In this document: piece after piece, positions 23,645-36,593 of the stretch
Layout: each line of letters begins with the position of its first letter
How positions within the stretch are numbered: position 1 is the stretch's first letter
DNA from: Octopus sinensis
Taxonomy: Eukaryota
Length of the DNA stretch: 64,000 nucleotides
NCBI RefSeq assembly: GCF_006345805.1
Contig: NC_043019.1
Span: 1 to 64,000, forward strand
Reading direction: 5' to 3'
Position numbers and translations under genes: made by a program
Notes under the pieces: generated by a model
What the model was told of the DNA's origin: nothing
Seen by the model: only the letters and a program-made list of their open reading frames with translations
Databases searched by the model: none

Positions 23645-25205
23645 TGGTGATGTTTTTAGCTGCTACAAGGATAAAGGTGATGACTTAGATAGAAATAATT
23701 ACAGAGGTATTAAACTGCTAGACCAAGTCATGAAAATTACTGAGAAGGTTATAGCTCAACTGATTAGGAATAGAATTAAACTCGATGAGATGCAGTTTGG
23801 TCTTGTACCTGGGAAGAGTGCCACAGATGCCATCTTCCTAGTGCAACAGCTGCAGGAAAAGTACTTGGCCAAAAGTAAGCCATTGTTCTCAGCCTTTGTT
23901 GATCTGGAGAAAGCTTTCGACAGAATTCCTCACTCTGTTATATGGTGGTCTCCAAGGAAGTTAGGAATAGAGAAGTGACTTGTTAGAGCTGTGCAAGCCA
24001 TGTACAGTGGTGCTGTCAGTAAGGTGAGAGTCAGCCATGAATACAGTGATGAATTTAGTGTACAAGTACAAGGCTCAGTTCTAAGCCCACTCTTATTGAT
24101 TATAGTCCTCGAGGCCATAACAGAGGAATTCAAAACTGGATGCCAGTGGGAACTACTATATGCTGATGACCTTGTTTTTATCTCAGAATTGGAGAAGAAA
24201 TTCCAGGTATGGAAACAAAACCTGGAATCAAAATGCCTTATTGTTGACCTAGCAAATACTAAACATTTTGTTAGTAAGAAAGAAGATAAAACTCTCTATC
24301 CATCAGGTAAATGGCCCTGCTCAACATGTAGGAAAGAAGTTATAAGAAATTTCATTCACTGCACTTAGTGTCAACTATGGACACATAAGAGGTGCAGTGG
24401 AATCACAGGTAGATTAACAGATAAAGTCATCTTTCTTTGTGGCAGATGTTCCAGAACAATAAACACTAAGAGTACACAGGACTTAAATTCTCTCAAATGC
24501 CCAGGAAGCTCTCTCATTTTCTCTCTCTTTTACTTGTTTCAGTCATTTGACTGCGGCCATGCTGGAGCACTGCCTTTAGTTGAGCAAATCGACCCCAGGA
24601 CTTATACTTTGTAAGCCCAGTACTTATTTTATCGGTCTCTTCTGCCGAACCGCTAAGTGACGGGGACGTAAACACACCAGCATCGGTTGTCAAGCAATGC
24701 TAGGGGGGACAAACACAGACACACAAACATATACACACATACATATATACATACATATATACGACAGGTTTCTTTTAGTTTCCGTCTACCAAATCCACTC
24801 ACAAGGCATTGGTCAGCCCGGGGCTAGAGCAGAAGACACTTGCCCAAGATGCCACGCAGTGGGACTGAACCCGGAACCATGTGGTTGGTAAGCAAGCTAC
24901 TTACCACACAGCCACTCCTCTTGAGGTAGTAGATAGCTTCTGTTACTGAGGTGACAAAATTAGCAATGGTGGCAGATGCTCTGAAAGTATCATTTCTAGA
25001 ATAAGAATAGGGTGGAGGACGTTCAGAGAGCTACTGCCTCTGTTGGCAACAAAAGGACTCTCTCTCTCTCTCTTTCTCTCTCTCAGAGTGAAAGGTAGAC
25101 TGTATGATGGTTGTGTGCAAACAGCTATACTCCATGGTAGTGATACATGAGCTCTGAATGAAGAAGTCATATATAGACTGGAGAGAAATCAAAGTAGTAT
25201 GCAAG
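23645..25205 (+). mobile_element. RTEX/RTE-like LINE reverse transcriptase fragment, interrupted by SINE A (24520-24918)
   Basis: NYRGIKLL...QFGLVPGKSATDAIF...FVDLEKAFDR...GSVLSPLL...LLYADDLV, a Cys-rich insert (CSTC...C..C..WTHKRC), then EVVDSFCY*GD...GWRTFRELLPLL. Stops and frameshifts are present. Confidence 0.9.
24520..24918 (-). mobile_element. SINE family A, full copy
   Basis: Near-consensus match, nested in the LINE. Confidence 0.88.
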
Positions 25206-25239
25206 TAAAAGAGTATATATATATATATATGTATATATA

Positions 25240-25662
25240 GGCGCAGGAGTCGCTGTTTGGTGAGTAGCTTGCTTACTAACCACATGGTTCCGGGTTCAGT
25301 CCCACTGCTTGGCACCTTGGGCAAGTTTCTTCCACTATAGCCTCGGGCCGACCAAAGCCTTGTGAGTGGATTTGGTAGATGGAAACTGAAAGAAGCCTGT
25401 CGTATACATGTATATATATATATATATATATATGTGCGTGTATGTGTGTGTCTGTGTTTGTCCCCCTAGCATTGCTTGACAACCGATGCTGGTGTGTTTA
25501 TGCCCCCGTCACTTAGCAGTTCGGCAAAAGAGACCGATAGAATAAGTACTGGGCTTACAAAGAATAAGTCCCGGGGTCGATTTGCCCAACTAAATGTGGT
25601 GCTCCAGCATGGCTGCAGTCAAATGACTGAAACAAGTAAAAGAGTAAAGAGAGTAAAGAGTA
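25240..25662 (+). mobile_element. SINE family A, full copy
   Basis: Near-consensus match. Confidence 0.88.
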
Positions 25663-25696
25663 TATGTATATATATATATATATTTTCATATATATT

Positions 25697-26234
25697 GCAC
25701 CAAAAGAAGGTCATGGTTGTTATTTGGCGGTCTGCGACCGGTTTCATCCATCACAGCCTTTTAGATCCAGGTGAAACCATTACGGTGTAGAAGTACTGTC
25801 AGCAAATGGATGAAATGCATAAGAAACTCCGACAACAACAGCCGGCATTGGTCAATAGAAAAAGGCCAATTCTTCTCCATGACAACGCTCGGTCACACGT
25901 CACACAACTGACCCTGCAGCTGTTGAACGAATTGGGCTACGAAACTCTGCCACATCCGTCATACTCACCAGACTCTCACCTACTGACTACCACATTTTCA
26001 AGCATCACATCAATGCTCCAAAAACCAAGACAATGCCAAACACACCTTCAACGACTTCATTGATACCAGAATGCAGGATTTTTATGCTACTGGCATAAAT
26101 AAACTTGTTTTGCGTTGGCAAAAGTCTGTTGATTCTGATGGTGTTTATTTCGATTGCTAAAGTTTTGTTTGAGCCAAGATATGTGCATCTGAATTTAAAG
26201 ATTAAAAACTGCAAAAATTTTCTTGACAACCTAA
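25697..26234 (+). mobile_element. Mariner transposase 3' fragment with right TIR remnant
   Basis: KKVMVVIW...ETIT..KYCQQMDEM...ILLHDNARSHV...LPHPSYSPD. It ends ...TTGACAACCTAA|TA. Confidence 0.85.
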
Positions 26235-26331
26235 TACATAACTATATAGTTATATCTTGTCTCAGTCTCTACTGTTTGTGTCATGTACCATTGTCTAAGA
26301 AAATAACATTCTTGTTTTTTATACATTTCAG

Positions 26332-26490
26332 GTGACAAAGAAACGAGGTTTTCCTTGCAAATATTGTGGGAGGAAAAGCATTTCCACAAGCGAAGGCCAT
26401 AAGTTCAAAAGAAAATATTGTTTGAATTTTTTCACAAAAGTCTATGGTTACACACCATTGATATTTACACAGTTTACAATAGACAATTAA
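26332..26490 (+). CDS. EXTL3: EXTL3-like terminal coding exon
   Basis: TTTCAG acceptor. Encodes VTKKRGFPCKYCGRKSISTSEGHKFKRKYCLNFFTKVYGYTPLIFTQFTIDN*, compared with EXTL3 VTSRWTFRCPGC...[30 protein letters not shown]. TAA ends at 26490. Confidence 0.92.
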   Translation: MTKKRGFPCKYCGRKSISTSEGHKFKRKYCLNFFTKVYGYTPLIFTQFTIDN

Positions 26491-27249
26491 CCATAAAAGC
26501 ATAGTTATAACTCAAAGTTCTTAAATGATATATGAGCTATGGTGTGTAGCTAAGAAGAAAGGTGCCACTCTAAAAGAATTAATTATGTTAATTACCTTGC
26601 ATATGTAAGCGAAAGCAGTGTATTGTAATCACTCGTCTTCCTTTGTCTGTGTGTTTGCCAAATTACTGGAAATCGGCTGAATGGATTTTCACCACATTTA
26701 GCAGAAATACTCATTGGGTGAGTGGTTCAAAATGATGAACATTTGGTTTGATTCAAAATTTTTTTTAATTTTTAAAAATTAAACTTACAGATTTCCCAAT
26801 AAGTGGTTGCATTATTTTATTCACTTTCTTTTTCATATGAATCGACCCTCGTCTGCATGTGTAAAGGTCATGGTGTACCTATGCACATAGATACATGTGC
26901 ATACATGCATAAATATATACATAGAAATGAGGCTGTGCATGTGTGTGTGTGTGTGTGTGTGTGCATGTATGTGCATGTGTACACTGATGGATTTGAGAAT
27001 TTCGTTCATTTAAAAGTTGATTTCTTAATTTCACCAGAGTGTAAATATTTATAATATTTATATTAAAAATTGAAATTAATATTAATATTAAAAAAAAATT
27101 CAGTTCAATTAAAAAGCATAGGTAAGCAATGCATTGTAAGCCACAATATAATTTGCAAAAAGATTTATCTGCAGGCAACGTATGCATCACCCCTCCGATG
27201 CCTGTTTCTTTTTCATTATGTATTTATTCCTATATATTGATGTTGACAC

Positions 27250-27575
27250 ATCCAGTAAGAGAGACAGAAGTGGATGAAGTCAGAGTCCAAAGGGTCAAGC
27301 ACAATAAACAAAATCATTGGGAGAAGCAGAAAACGAGAAGTTTGCCTATGTTCAGCGCCGTGAGGGCCAACAAACTGAAGACAGTGTGTGGGAGAAAATT
27401 GTGAAGTCATATGAGAGAAATGTGTCCGCATGGATGATAGCGCACTTGCGCTTAATGATTCTACAAAGAATGAGGCTTGGAGATGCCATTATGAAAGACT
27501 GCTGTACGTGGAGAATGAATGGGAGGAGAAGAGTCTGCCAAATGTTGACCGAGTTGAGGGATCAGATACCCAAAT
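27250..27575 (+). mobile_element. RTEX-like LINE fragment (region between endonuclease and RT)
   Basis: RQCVGENCEVI*EKCVRMDDSALALND..KNEAWRCHYERLLYVENEWEEKSLPNVD resembles the RTE/RTEX linker. Confidence 0.55.
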
Positions 27576-27585
27576 CAACAGTATT

Positions 27586-27900
27586 GGCGCAGGAGTGGCT
27601 GTGTGGTAAGTAGCTTGCTTACTAACCACATGGTTCCGGTTTCAGTCCCACTGCGTGGCACCTTGGGCAAGTGTCTTCTACTATAGCCTCGGGCCGACCA
27701 AAGCCTTGTGAGTGGATTGGTAGACGGAAACTGAAAGAAGCCCATCGTATATGCGTGTGTGTGTCTGTGTTTGTCCCCCTAGCATTGCTTGACAACCGAT
27801 GCTGGTGTGTTTATGTCCCCGTCACTTAGCGCTTCGGCAAAAGAGACTGATAGAATAAGTACTGGGCTTACAAAAGAATAAGTTCCGGGGTCGAGTTGCG
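27586..27900 (+). mobile_element. SINE family A
   Basis: Near-consensus head and body, 3' truncated. Confidence 0.85.
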
Positions 27901-28146
27901 GGGTCCTTCATCGAAAACCGGTGTTTACCATGCGTTGACGAGAGGCAATTACCTTGAAACTATAGTCCGTATGTAGCACTTAGGTTTTCGAGGGAGGATG
28001 ACCTCCCTTTGCAAATAACACAAGGGCACTGAGATTGTGTCTAAAGTCCATCTGGTGACGTTGATCGCCTGGGGCTAAAAGCATCAGTAACACCCCACCC
28101 CCAGTGGCTAGCCACATTCAGATGGCTAGTACACCTTACGTTATAT

Positions 28147-28200
<54 letters not shown>

Positions 28201-28206
<6 letters not shown>

Positions 28207-28658
28207 AAAATAAGTCAAAATAGAAAATGCTAAAATAATTTTATAGTGAACATTTCAGTACCGGTTTCGGTCATTTTGAGACCTTTTCAACTGTAACGAT
28301 TAAATAATTAAATTTAGAAAAATTAGAAGAAAAGTTTTTTTAAAGGAATATTTCTATAGTAGTGTTCAGATATAAGTAGCATTCTGCTTTTCTCTGACTC
28401 CCTTGTTTGCACTTGTGTGTTGTAGGTCGTTGTGAATTCTTGGTAGGGTAGAAGAAGAAGAAGAAGAAGAAGAAGAAGAAGAAGAAGGCTGATGTGGAGA
28501 GGGGGTGGGAAAATCTGGGAGTGGCCTGATAAAGAAATAGGTATAATAATAAAGAAATAGGTCGTATTTTGAATGGCCAGTGGCGGCTGGCAGTCGCAGT
28601 TCAATTCAGGAGAATATTTCTATTGACAGGCATGTTTATGGAATTTGCGTAGGTGTTA
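28201..28658 (-). repeat. Left inverted arm of a Penelope-like composite (mirror of 30967-31400)
   Basis: Reverse complement of 30967-31400, with an extra AAAGAAATAGGT-repeat insert near 28530-62. Confidence 0.9.
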
Positions 28659-29029
28659 TACTGAAAAAGCATTAGTGACAAAGTTAAGAGGTAGAAGGTG
28701 GAGAAGTAGTAGTAGTAGAAGAAGAAGAAAGAAGAAGAAGAAGAAGAAGAAGAAGAAGAAGAAGATGACGATGTTGATGATGATGATGATGATGAAGAAG
28801 AAGAAGAAGAAGAAGAAGAAGAAGAAGAAGAAGAAGAAGAAGAAGAAGAAGAAGAAGAAGATGGAGAAGATGATGATGATGGTGGTGATGATGATGACGA
28901 CGATGATGATGATAATGATGATGATGAAGAAGAAGAGGAAGAAGAAGAGAAAAACAGAGAAGGGAGAATATGAATGGGTGAAAGTTAGTAATGGATTCTT
29001 TGGAATGTAATATTTGTGTATGTATATTT

Positions 29030-30966
29030 CTCTTATTCTAAAGTTGAGGTATATTAATTGTTTGTCGTAGACCCGTTAAGAAGTGGCCTGTATTTTGTAA
29101 TAAAGAGAGTTTCTTTACTTATTCGTTGTCTCGAGGTTGTATCGTCCCTAAATTGGTAGAGGGGGAAAATCCTGAAGCTTGGTGTTTTTTTGTTGGCGCA
29201 AGTATCTATGTGTTGGCTAAAAGCTATTTTTCTGTTTTGGGGAATTTTTATCTGGGATCTGTGCAGGGCCATTCGTTTACGCAAACTATTTTTCGTTTGG
29301 CCTATGTACTGCTCTTGACACCCGGAGCAGGTTAGTGAGTATATTAGGTTCTCCGAAGCACATGTGAAGTTGCTTTTCACTGTAAACCGTTGTCCCTGTT
29401 TGAAGGAGAACTCTGATCCCTCAATTAGATAGTCGCATATCCCGCAATTGGGTCTTCCACATTTTTTTACTGTCGGCTTGTGTTGAAGAGTGAATTCGGG
29501 CTTGTGTTAGAAGACTTTTCATGGATTTAGGCTGTCTCTTGCTTTTTATGATCGTGTGTGTTTGGAGGATTGTGTTCATTCTGTGGCCTTTTTTAGGAGG
29601 GGTATGTTGTGGAGGATGGTGCCGAAGGCTTCGTTATTGAGAGGGTTGTGTGTGGAGATGTATGGTAAGGCTTTTGGTTGTAAGTTTTTCTTTGATTTGG
29701 GATGTCTCAGTTCCTTGATGTTAAGTTGAAGGGCACGTTGAATGCACTTGTCAATAAGTGAAGGTGGATAGTTCCTGGTGACAAAGTATCTTTTAGTTCT
29801 TGTAGTCGTGTGTCTCTGGTGTTTGCGTTAGAGACTATAGTGCATATACTTTTTGCTAGATTGAAGGGGATATTCATCCTGGTGTGTCTAGGGTGGCATG
29901 AATTGAATGGAAGGTATTGCTTAGAGTCTGTAGGCTTATAATATATGTCTGTTTCTATTATATTATTGGCTTTCTTAATGAGGATATCGAGGAAGGGGAG
30001 TTGTTGCTGGCTATATTCCATCGTGAATTGGATGTTTACGTCCAGTCCGTTTAACATTTCCTGGAATTCTATGAGTTTTTCTATATTTTTATGCCAAAGA
30101 ATGAAACAGTCATCTAGATATCTCTTCCAGTTGTTTTCTATGTAGATGGAGAAAGGCTGCCATATCTTTCTAGAACCTTACGATACAGACTGATCTCTAG
30201 ATATCCTATGACTAGGTTGGCAAAGGAGGAGGCCATTCGTGTACCCATCGCAGTCCCCGATTTTTGTCGGTAGAAGTTGTCATTGAAGGCGAAGAAGTTA
30301 TTTTCCAGGATGAATTTAACCCCTTCTATCACGAATTCTTTTTTGATGCGATGTGGTAGTTCGTTGGCGTGATTCTCTAGCCAGAATTGGATTGCCTCTA
30401 GTCCTAGGTTGTGGGGGATATTGGAGTAGAGGTTGACTACATCGAAGGATACCAGTATGGTGTTTTTGTTTATAGTATTCGGTAGGTGATTGAGCATATC
30501 TAAGTCGTCCCTTATATAGCTTTTGACATGTTTGAGGAGTGGTTTTAACAGGGTGTCTAAAAAGTTACTGAGGCGGTGGGTGGTTTCGCATGCGGGACCT
30601 GCTATTATGGGTCTCAATTTGAGGTCATTAGGATTAGGGACTTTAATTATTTTGTCTGTAGCTATCTTGCATGCGTTGCTTATTTTCTCACTTTTGTGGA
30701 TCTTAGGTATACCGTAGAATTGGCTGGTTTTACTTGTGAAATTGGTCATATAATCATATTCTTTGTTGGTGAGCCCTGCTTTGTATGGGTTTAACATGGA
30801 TTTTAGTTCCCTCATTATTTTTTGTTGACTGTAGTTTTGTGCCTTTTCATAGTATGTTGTGTCTTCCAGCATAGAAAGTACCAAAGTTATGTAAAATGTC
30901 GTATCTATTAAGACAACAGCACTCCCTTTATCGGCCTCTTTGATTGTTATTGTTTTATCTTGTTTT
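29030..30966 (-). mobile_element. Penelope-like retroelement: 5'-truncated RT plus GIY-YIG endonuclease (frameshifted)
   Basis: IKEADKGSAVV, FYGIPKIHK..LRPII, LVSFDVVNLYSNI, GTAMGTRMASSFANL, RYLDDCF, LPFLDI..YYKPTD..YLPFNSCHP, and NLIYSLTCSGC..QYIGQTKNSLRKRMALH (GIY-YIG). Confidence 0.93.
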
Positions 30967-31400
30967 TAACACCTACGCAAATTCCATAAACAAGCCTGTC
31001 AATAGAAATATTCTCCTGAATTGAACTGCGACTGCCAGCCGCCACTGACCATTCAAAATACGACCATCAGGGCACTCCCAGATTTTCCCACCCCCTCTCC
31101 ACATCAGCCTTCTTCTTCTTCTTCTTCTTCTTCTTCTTCTTCTTCTTCTTCTACCCTACCAAGAATTCACAACGACCTACAACACACAAGTGCAAACAAG
31201 GGTGTCAGAGAAAAGCAGAATGCTACTTATATCTGAACACTACTATAGAAATATTCCTTTAAAAAACTTTTCTTCTAATTTTTCTAAATTTAATTATTTA
31301 ATCGTTACAGTTGAAAAGGTCTCAAAATGACCGAAACCGGTACTGAAATGTTCACTATAAAATTATTTTAGCATTTTCTATTTTGACTTATTTTTACATA
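30967..31400 (+). repeat. Right inverted arm (Penelope-type 3' end and pseudo-LTR)
   Basis: Contains a KYSPELN-like endonuclease tail, a (CTT)n tract and a hammerhead motif. Confidence 0.85.
31305..31348 (+). ncRNA. Minimal hammerhead motif with compensatory U3:A8 core (UUGAAAA)
   Basis: CAG-TTGAAAA-GGTC(TCAAAAT)GACC-GAAA-C(CG)G-TA-CTG. The GUA site ends at 31342, and an identical mirror lies at 28253-28296 (-). Confidence 0.65.
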
Positions 31401-31438
31401 TATATCAACTCGTGTGTTCCTTTCCACCCTTATACATT

Positions 31439-31501
<63 letters not shown>

Positions 31502-32289
31502 ATAATAATAATAATTCCAAACAGCTGATTTTCTTTTTATCATGCTAGGGCTAATGAAAATAATTAAGAAATAATTTAGTGTTACTTCCTTGAAATGAAT
31601 CTGGAACTGGTTATTACATATGCTCAATGGGAAAGATCACCTGACTGAAGATTAACAGCATCCCCTTGACTTGCTATGAATAAACTCTGTTACCTCCAAA
31701 TTCAAAGAGTCAGCCAGGGGTTAGCGAAGGAAATGACAAGGTGCTGAGTGGAGAATTGATTTGATGCAATATGTTTCAATGAAACAGACAGCATTCTCAA
31801 CTAAAGGCGACCGACAACAGTTCCGTTAGTTCGGTTTCAACGATATTTTTTCAAAAGAATAAAAAATGGAGAAATGTTTTGTGAGAAAACGAAAAAAAAA
31901 AACAACTAGAAACAGAAAGCATTAAAATCGGTTTTGGCAAATCGGTTTCGGTTTTACTGATCGTAATGTAAAACCGGTTTTAACTGGTTTTATAAAACTG
32001 GTTTCGGCCTAGTATAAATGCGTGGCAGATCAGCTCAAGAGAGGACCTGGCTAGCTGGGAATTTGTCTTGTTATGTGATTTTCAACAGCTTTCTCAGACA
32101 GTTCGGGTTAGGCTTTTTGCATGGCATTCATAATCTATCCAAGTCTCACAGGCATTCAGTTGTGGGAGCGTAAAATGTTACCGTTGATTTCAAATTTTGG
32201 CACAGGCCGGCAATTTTAGAGGAGGGACAAATCGATTACACCAACCCCCAGTGCTGAACTGGTACTTATTTCATTGACCCCAAAAGGAT

Positions 32290-32434
32290 AACAGAGAGAG
32301 AGAGAGAAAGAGAGAGAGGGAGAGAGAGAGGGAGAAAAAGGGTGAGAGAAAGAGAGAGAGGATAGTGGGAGGGAAAGAGAATGGGAGGGACGGAGTGGAG
32401 AGAGAGGAAGGAAGAGAGAGAGAGAGCGATAGAA

Positions 32435-32497
<63 letters not shown>
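32290..32497. repeat. (GA)n-rich polypurine tract
   Basis: About 200 bp of GA/GGA repeats. Confidence 0.95.
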
Positions 32498-32499
<2 letters not shown>

Positions 32500-32760
32500 A
32501 CACTATGCTCTCGTTGTTTCAGCTCTATATCAGTACTAATTCCATACAGCTAACAGAGACGGTCAAACAGTGACTATCCCACCTCGTTATTAAAATTCTG
32601 ACCGGGACAAATCTGTCGGATATGAACAGATGTTTTTTTTGTTTTTTTTTAAATAATCACAAACATCGCAAGTGAGACATTCATGGCTGGAAAGGCTTTT
32701 CATCACAGGACTGACTATTGGAACGGAAATAGTGGTTACGAAGCGAAGTTACGAAGCACT

Positions 32761-33570
32761 CATGCTGTTGTAGCGTTTTCTCCGTCAACATTCTGAGCCG
32801 TTTAATACGAGAGTTATTTCTCTTGAGGAGAGAAAGGGAGTCAGATAGCAGCAGCAAGAGTAAAATCAACCACAGCAAAGGCAAAAAAGGCAGCAGCCAT
32901 AGCGGCAGCAGCCATAGCGGCAGCAGCCATAGCAGCAGCAGCAGCAGCAGCAGCCGTAGCAGTAGCAGCAGCAGCAGCCATAGCAGCAGCAGCCATAGCA
33001 GCAGCAGAAGCCGCAGCCATAGCAGCAGTAGCAGCAGCCATAGCAGCGGCAGCAGCCATAGCAGCAGCAGCAGCAGCAGATATAGCAGCAGCAGATATAG
33101 CAGCAGCAGATATAGCAGCAGCAGATATAGCAGCAGCAGCCTAAACAGCAGAAGCAGCAGCCATAGCAGCAGCAGCAGCAGCCTGAACAGCAGCAGCAGC
33201 AGCCATAGCAGCAGCAGCCTAAACAGCAGAAGCAGCAGCCATAGCAGCCATAGCAGAAGCAGCACCCAGAGCAGCAGTAGCCATAGCAGCAGCAGTCATA
33301 GGAGCAGCAGCAGCCTAAACGGCAGCAGCAGCCATAGCAGCAGCCATAGCAGCAGCCACAGCAGCAACAGCAGCAGCCATAGCAGCTACTGCAGCAGCAG
33401 CAGCCGTAGCAGCAGCAGAAAGGACGCAACTTCAGAATTTAAAGACGGGAAATCGCAAACAACTTCTATAACAAACAAACATCTGAATTGAAGCCTTTCT
33501 TTCGTCAAGGGAAATAACTCTTGTATTAAACCGCTGAGAATGCTGAGAGAGAAAATGTCACGACAGCATG
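32761..33570. mobile_element. Inverted-repeat-bounded element containing a compound (AGC)n array
   Basis: 77-bp arms at 32761-32837 and 33494-33570 match at 64/77 positions without gaps. They enclose about 570 bp of AGC repeats with CAT, AGATAT and CTAAAC variants. Confidence 0.6.
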
Positions 33571-33780
33571 TATGGACATATGCTTAAGAATCTCGCTTTG
33601 CAGCCACTAAAATTCCGTTTCAATATATTGCAGTGTATTACAGCCTTGGGCCAATCAATGCCTTGTAAACAAGTATAGTACATGTGGACAATGTGATGGA
33701 TACATACATACATACATACATGCATACATGCATACATACATACATACATACATACATACATACATACATACATACATACA

Positions 33781-34625
33781 CTAGCAGAATTGCCCGGCGT
33801 TGCTCGGGACTGAATTGCTTGAAAGTACTGTTAATGATTGCACTGAATTATGATGATTATTCAGGCAAATATTGATATAAGTTTACGGTGGGAGATAAGG
33901 ACTTAACGATCAAACGTGTGCCATTGCATTGTTTTGGGGGAACCAAATTTCTGATGAGCATTATAGGGGCACCAACTTTAAGTTTGAGAAAGTATGGTGG
34001 TAGTCCGGGGTGCTCAAAGGAATTGAGTACCTCTATTGGATAGTTGATGACGTCCTCTGGGTCAGGAGTTGTATCGATAGACTGATATACATAGACTTCC
34101 CCAGGAATGAGTTTTAGCATTTCATCATTAATATGGTGAACAGTTTTATTCCTCGGGGCCAGTATAGCCTTTTTGCCAATCCAATCCATATTCTGATAAT
34201 TAGCTTGTAGATCTGGGAACACTGCATCTCTGAGATCAGAGGCGTCTTAACAATGGTACAAATGGAATCGATGGCAATATTACCATTTTCATCCCCTGGT
34301 ATTTTGCCTTCGCCAAGTGCAAGGAGGGTGTGAGGAAATGCTGCTGATGTGATATTACGTCGCATATGAGCACGCATATTGGTGTTAAGTTTGAGAGTTA
34401 CCTCCCTTTATTAAAAAAAATATGCATTAAAATGGAAAAAAATAATGGTAAATTATTTGTAAAATCATAGACTCATCGTAGACGCGCGCTAATATCCAGA
34501 AGGGCTCGATATGAATCACGACTATAAGATACCCGGTTTTGGTTAAACTGCATCGCAAAATGTGGGAGTAGTTAGGAATCTAAATCGGAGTAGACAGACA
34601 CACAACCCTTCTTTTATATATAAAT
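33781..34625 (-). mobile_element. Helitron deletion derivative carrying a PIF1-like helicase fragment
   Basis: 3' hairpin CCCGAGCAACGCCGGG plus CTAG|T at 33781. The internal frames read LNTNMR...AILAPRNKTV..IN..L..IPG...YQSID...LKLKVGAPIMLIRNL.PPKQCNGTRL. Confidence 0.9.
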
Positions 34626-34627
34626 AT

Positions 34628-35290
34628 TTTCGTCCTAAAAAACTTTGTATGGATTGAATGGTTATCTCTATGGAAATATATACACGCACGTTATACATAC
34701 ATGTGTATATAGATGAATATTAAATACATTTAAATATCTATATACACTTTTGGCGATCTTTCTTTTTCTTAGAGATAACTTAGATCATATATTCGTCCTA
34801 AAAACTGTGTATGGAGTGAAAGGTTACCTCTATGGAAATATATACACACACATTATACATTCATGTGTATAGATGAATATATAAATACATTTAAATATCT
34901 ATATACACTTTTGGGCGATCTTTCTTTTTCTTAGAGATAACTTTAGATCTTATTTTCGTCCTAAAAAACTTTGTATGGAGTGAATGGTTACCTCTATGGA
35001 ATATATACACACACGTTATACATACATGTGTGCATAGATGAATATATAAATACATTTAAATATCTATATACACTTTTGGGCGATCTTTCTGCTACTTGTA
35101 TATACTTTAGATCTTATATTCGTCCTAAAAAACTTTGTATGGAGTGAAAGGTTACCGCTATGGAAATATATACACAAATTATACATACATCTGTGTATAG
35201 ATGAATATATAAATACATTTAAATATCTATATACACTTTTGGGCGATCTTTCTGCTACTTGGATATAGGTCTTATATTCGTCGTAAAAAA
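34628..35290 (+). repeat. Tandem repeat, about 163-bp unit x4
   Basis: The anchor CGTC(C/G)TAAAA recurs at 34631, 34794, 34957, 35121 and 35279. Confidence 0.9.
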
Positions 35291-35389
35291 CTTCCTGTCA
35301 CACACTCACGCACACGCACACACACCACACACACACACCACGCACACACGCACACACACTCACGCACACGCACACAACAACGTTAGCTT

Positions 35390-35745
35390 ACAATTTTATT
35401 TATATATTTGCGTGTGTATGTGTGTAAAGAGGAAGTGGGATGTAGAGTGAAAGAGTCACTCACTACAGAAAGTGAATTACTTTCACTTTATTCGTTGCAC
35501 ACTGTGTGTGTGCGTTTGCGTGTGCTGTATCCCACACTAAGAGAAGCATTTGACTTATACACCACAATGTGAGTTTTCTCTAATTTTGCTTAATTGGGGT
35601 TGAAATTTTAAAAAGTGGACCCGGCATGACCCGATGCATTCTACTCTTAAAAATGCTAGGTAAATTGTATTGAAGAAATCCTATATTGTAGATTTCTATA
35701 AGAGACAAAGGGAGGCAGATAAAATCTGCCTTTTATATAAGAGAT
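35390..35745 (-). mobile_element. Helitron 5' end, second family (paralogue at 39060-39390, partial at 37780-37925)
   Basis: The - strand begins A|TCTTATATAAAAGGCAGATTTTATCTGCC (TC start plus hairpin). Homologous blocks lie at 39060-39390. Confidence 0.6.
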
Positions 35746-36590
35746 ACATACATAGATATATACATACATAACATACATACATTCATTCATACATACAATA
35801 TACATACATACATACATACATTCATACATACATACATACATACATATATACATACATACATAGATATACATACATATATACATACATACATTCATACATA
35901 CATATATACATACACACATACATACATACATACATACATACTTACATACATTCATACATACATACATACATACATACATACATTCATACATACATACATA
36001 GATATATACATACATACATATATGCATGCATACATACATACATACATGCATACATACATACATACATACATACATGCACACATACATTCATACATTCATA
36101 CATACATACATACATTCATACATTCATACATACATATATACATACATACATACATACACACATACATACATATATACATACATATATACATACATATATA
36201 CATACATTCATACATACACACATACATACACACATACATACATATATACATAAATATATACATACATACATTCATACATACATACATACACACATACATA
36301 CATAAACACATACATACATACACACATACATACAACATACATACATAATACATACACACATACCACATACATACATACATACATACATTCATACATACAT
36401 TCATACATACGTACATGCATACATACATACATAAAGCATACATACATACATATATACACACACACACATACACACACATACATACATATATACATAGATA
36501 CATTCATACATACATACATACATACATACATACATACATACATACACACATACACACATACATACATACATACATACATACATACATACA
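35745..36590. repeat. (TACA)n compound microsatellite
   Basis: About 850 bp array. It explains the HTYI/MYVC ORFs. Confidence 0.97.
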
Positions 36591-36593
36591 ATA

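Noticed and set aside
31780-32015. AAACCGGTT-rich segment ending in CTAGT
   Set aside because: It could be a Helitron or hAT end, but no partner terminus was found.
34628-35290. Regularly spaced repeat as a possible CRISPR array
   Set aside because: The whole unit is repeated with no unique spacers, the context is eukaryotic, and no cas genes are present.
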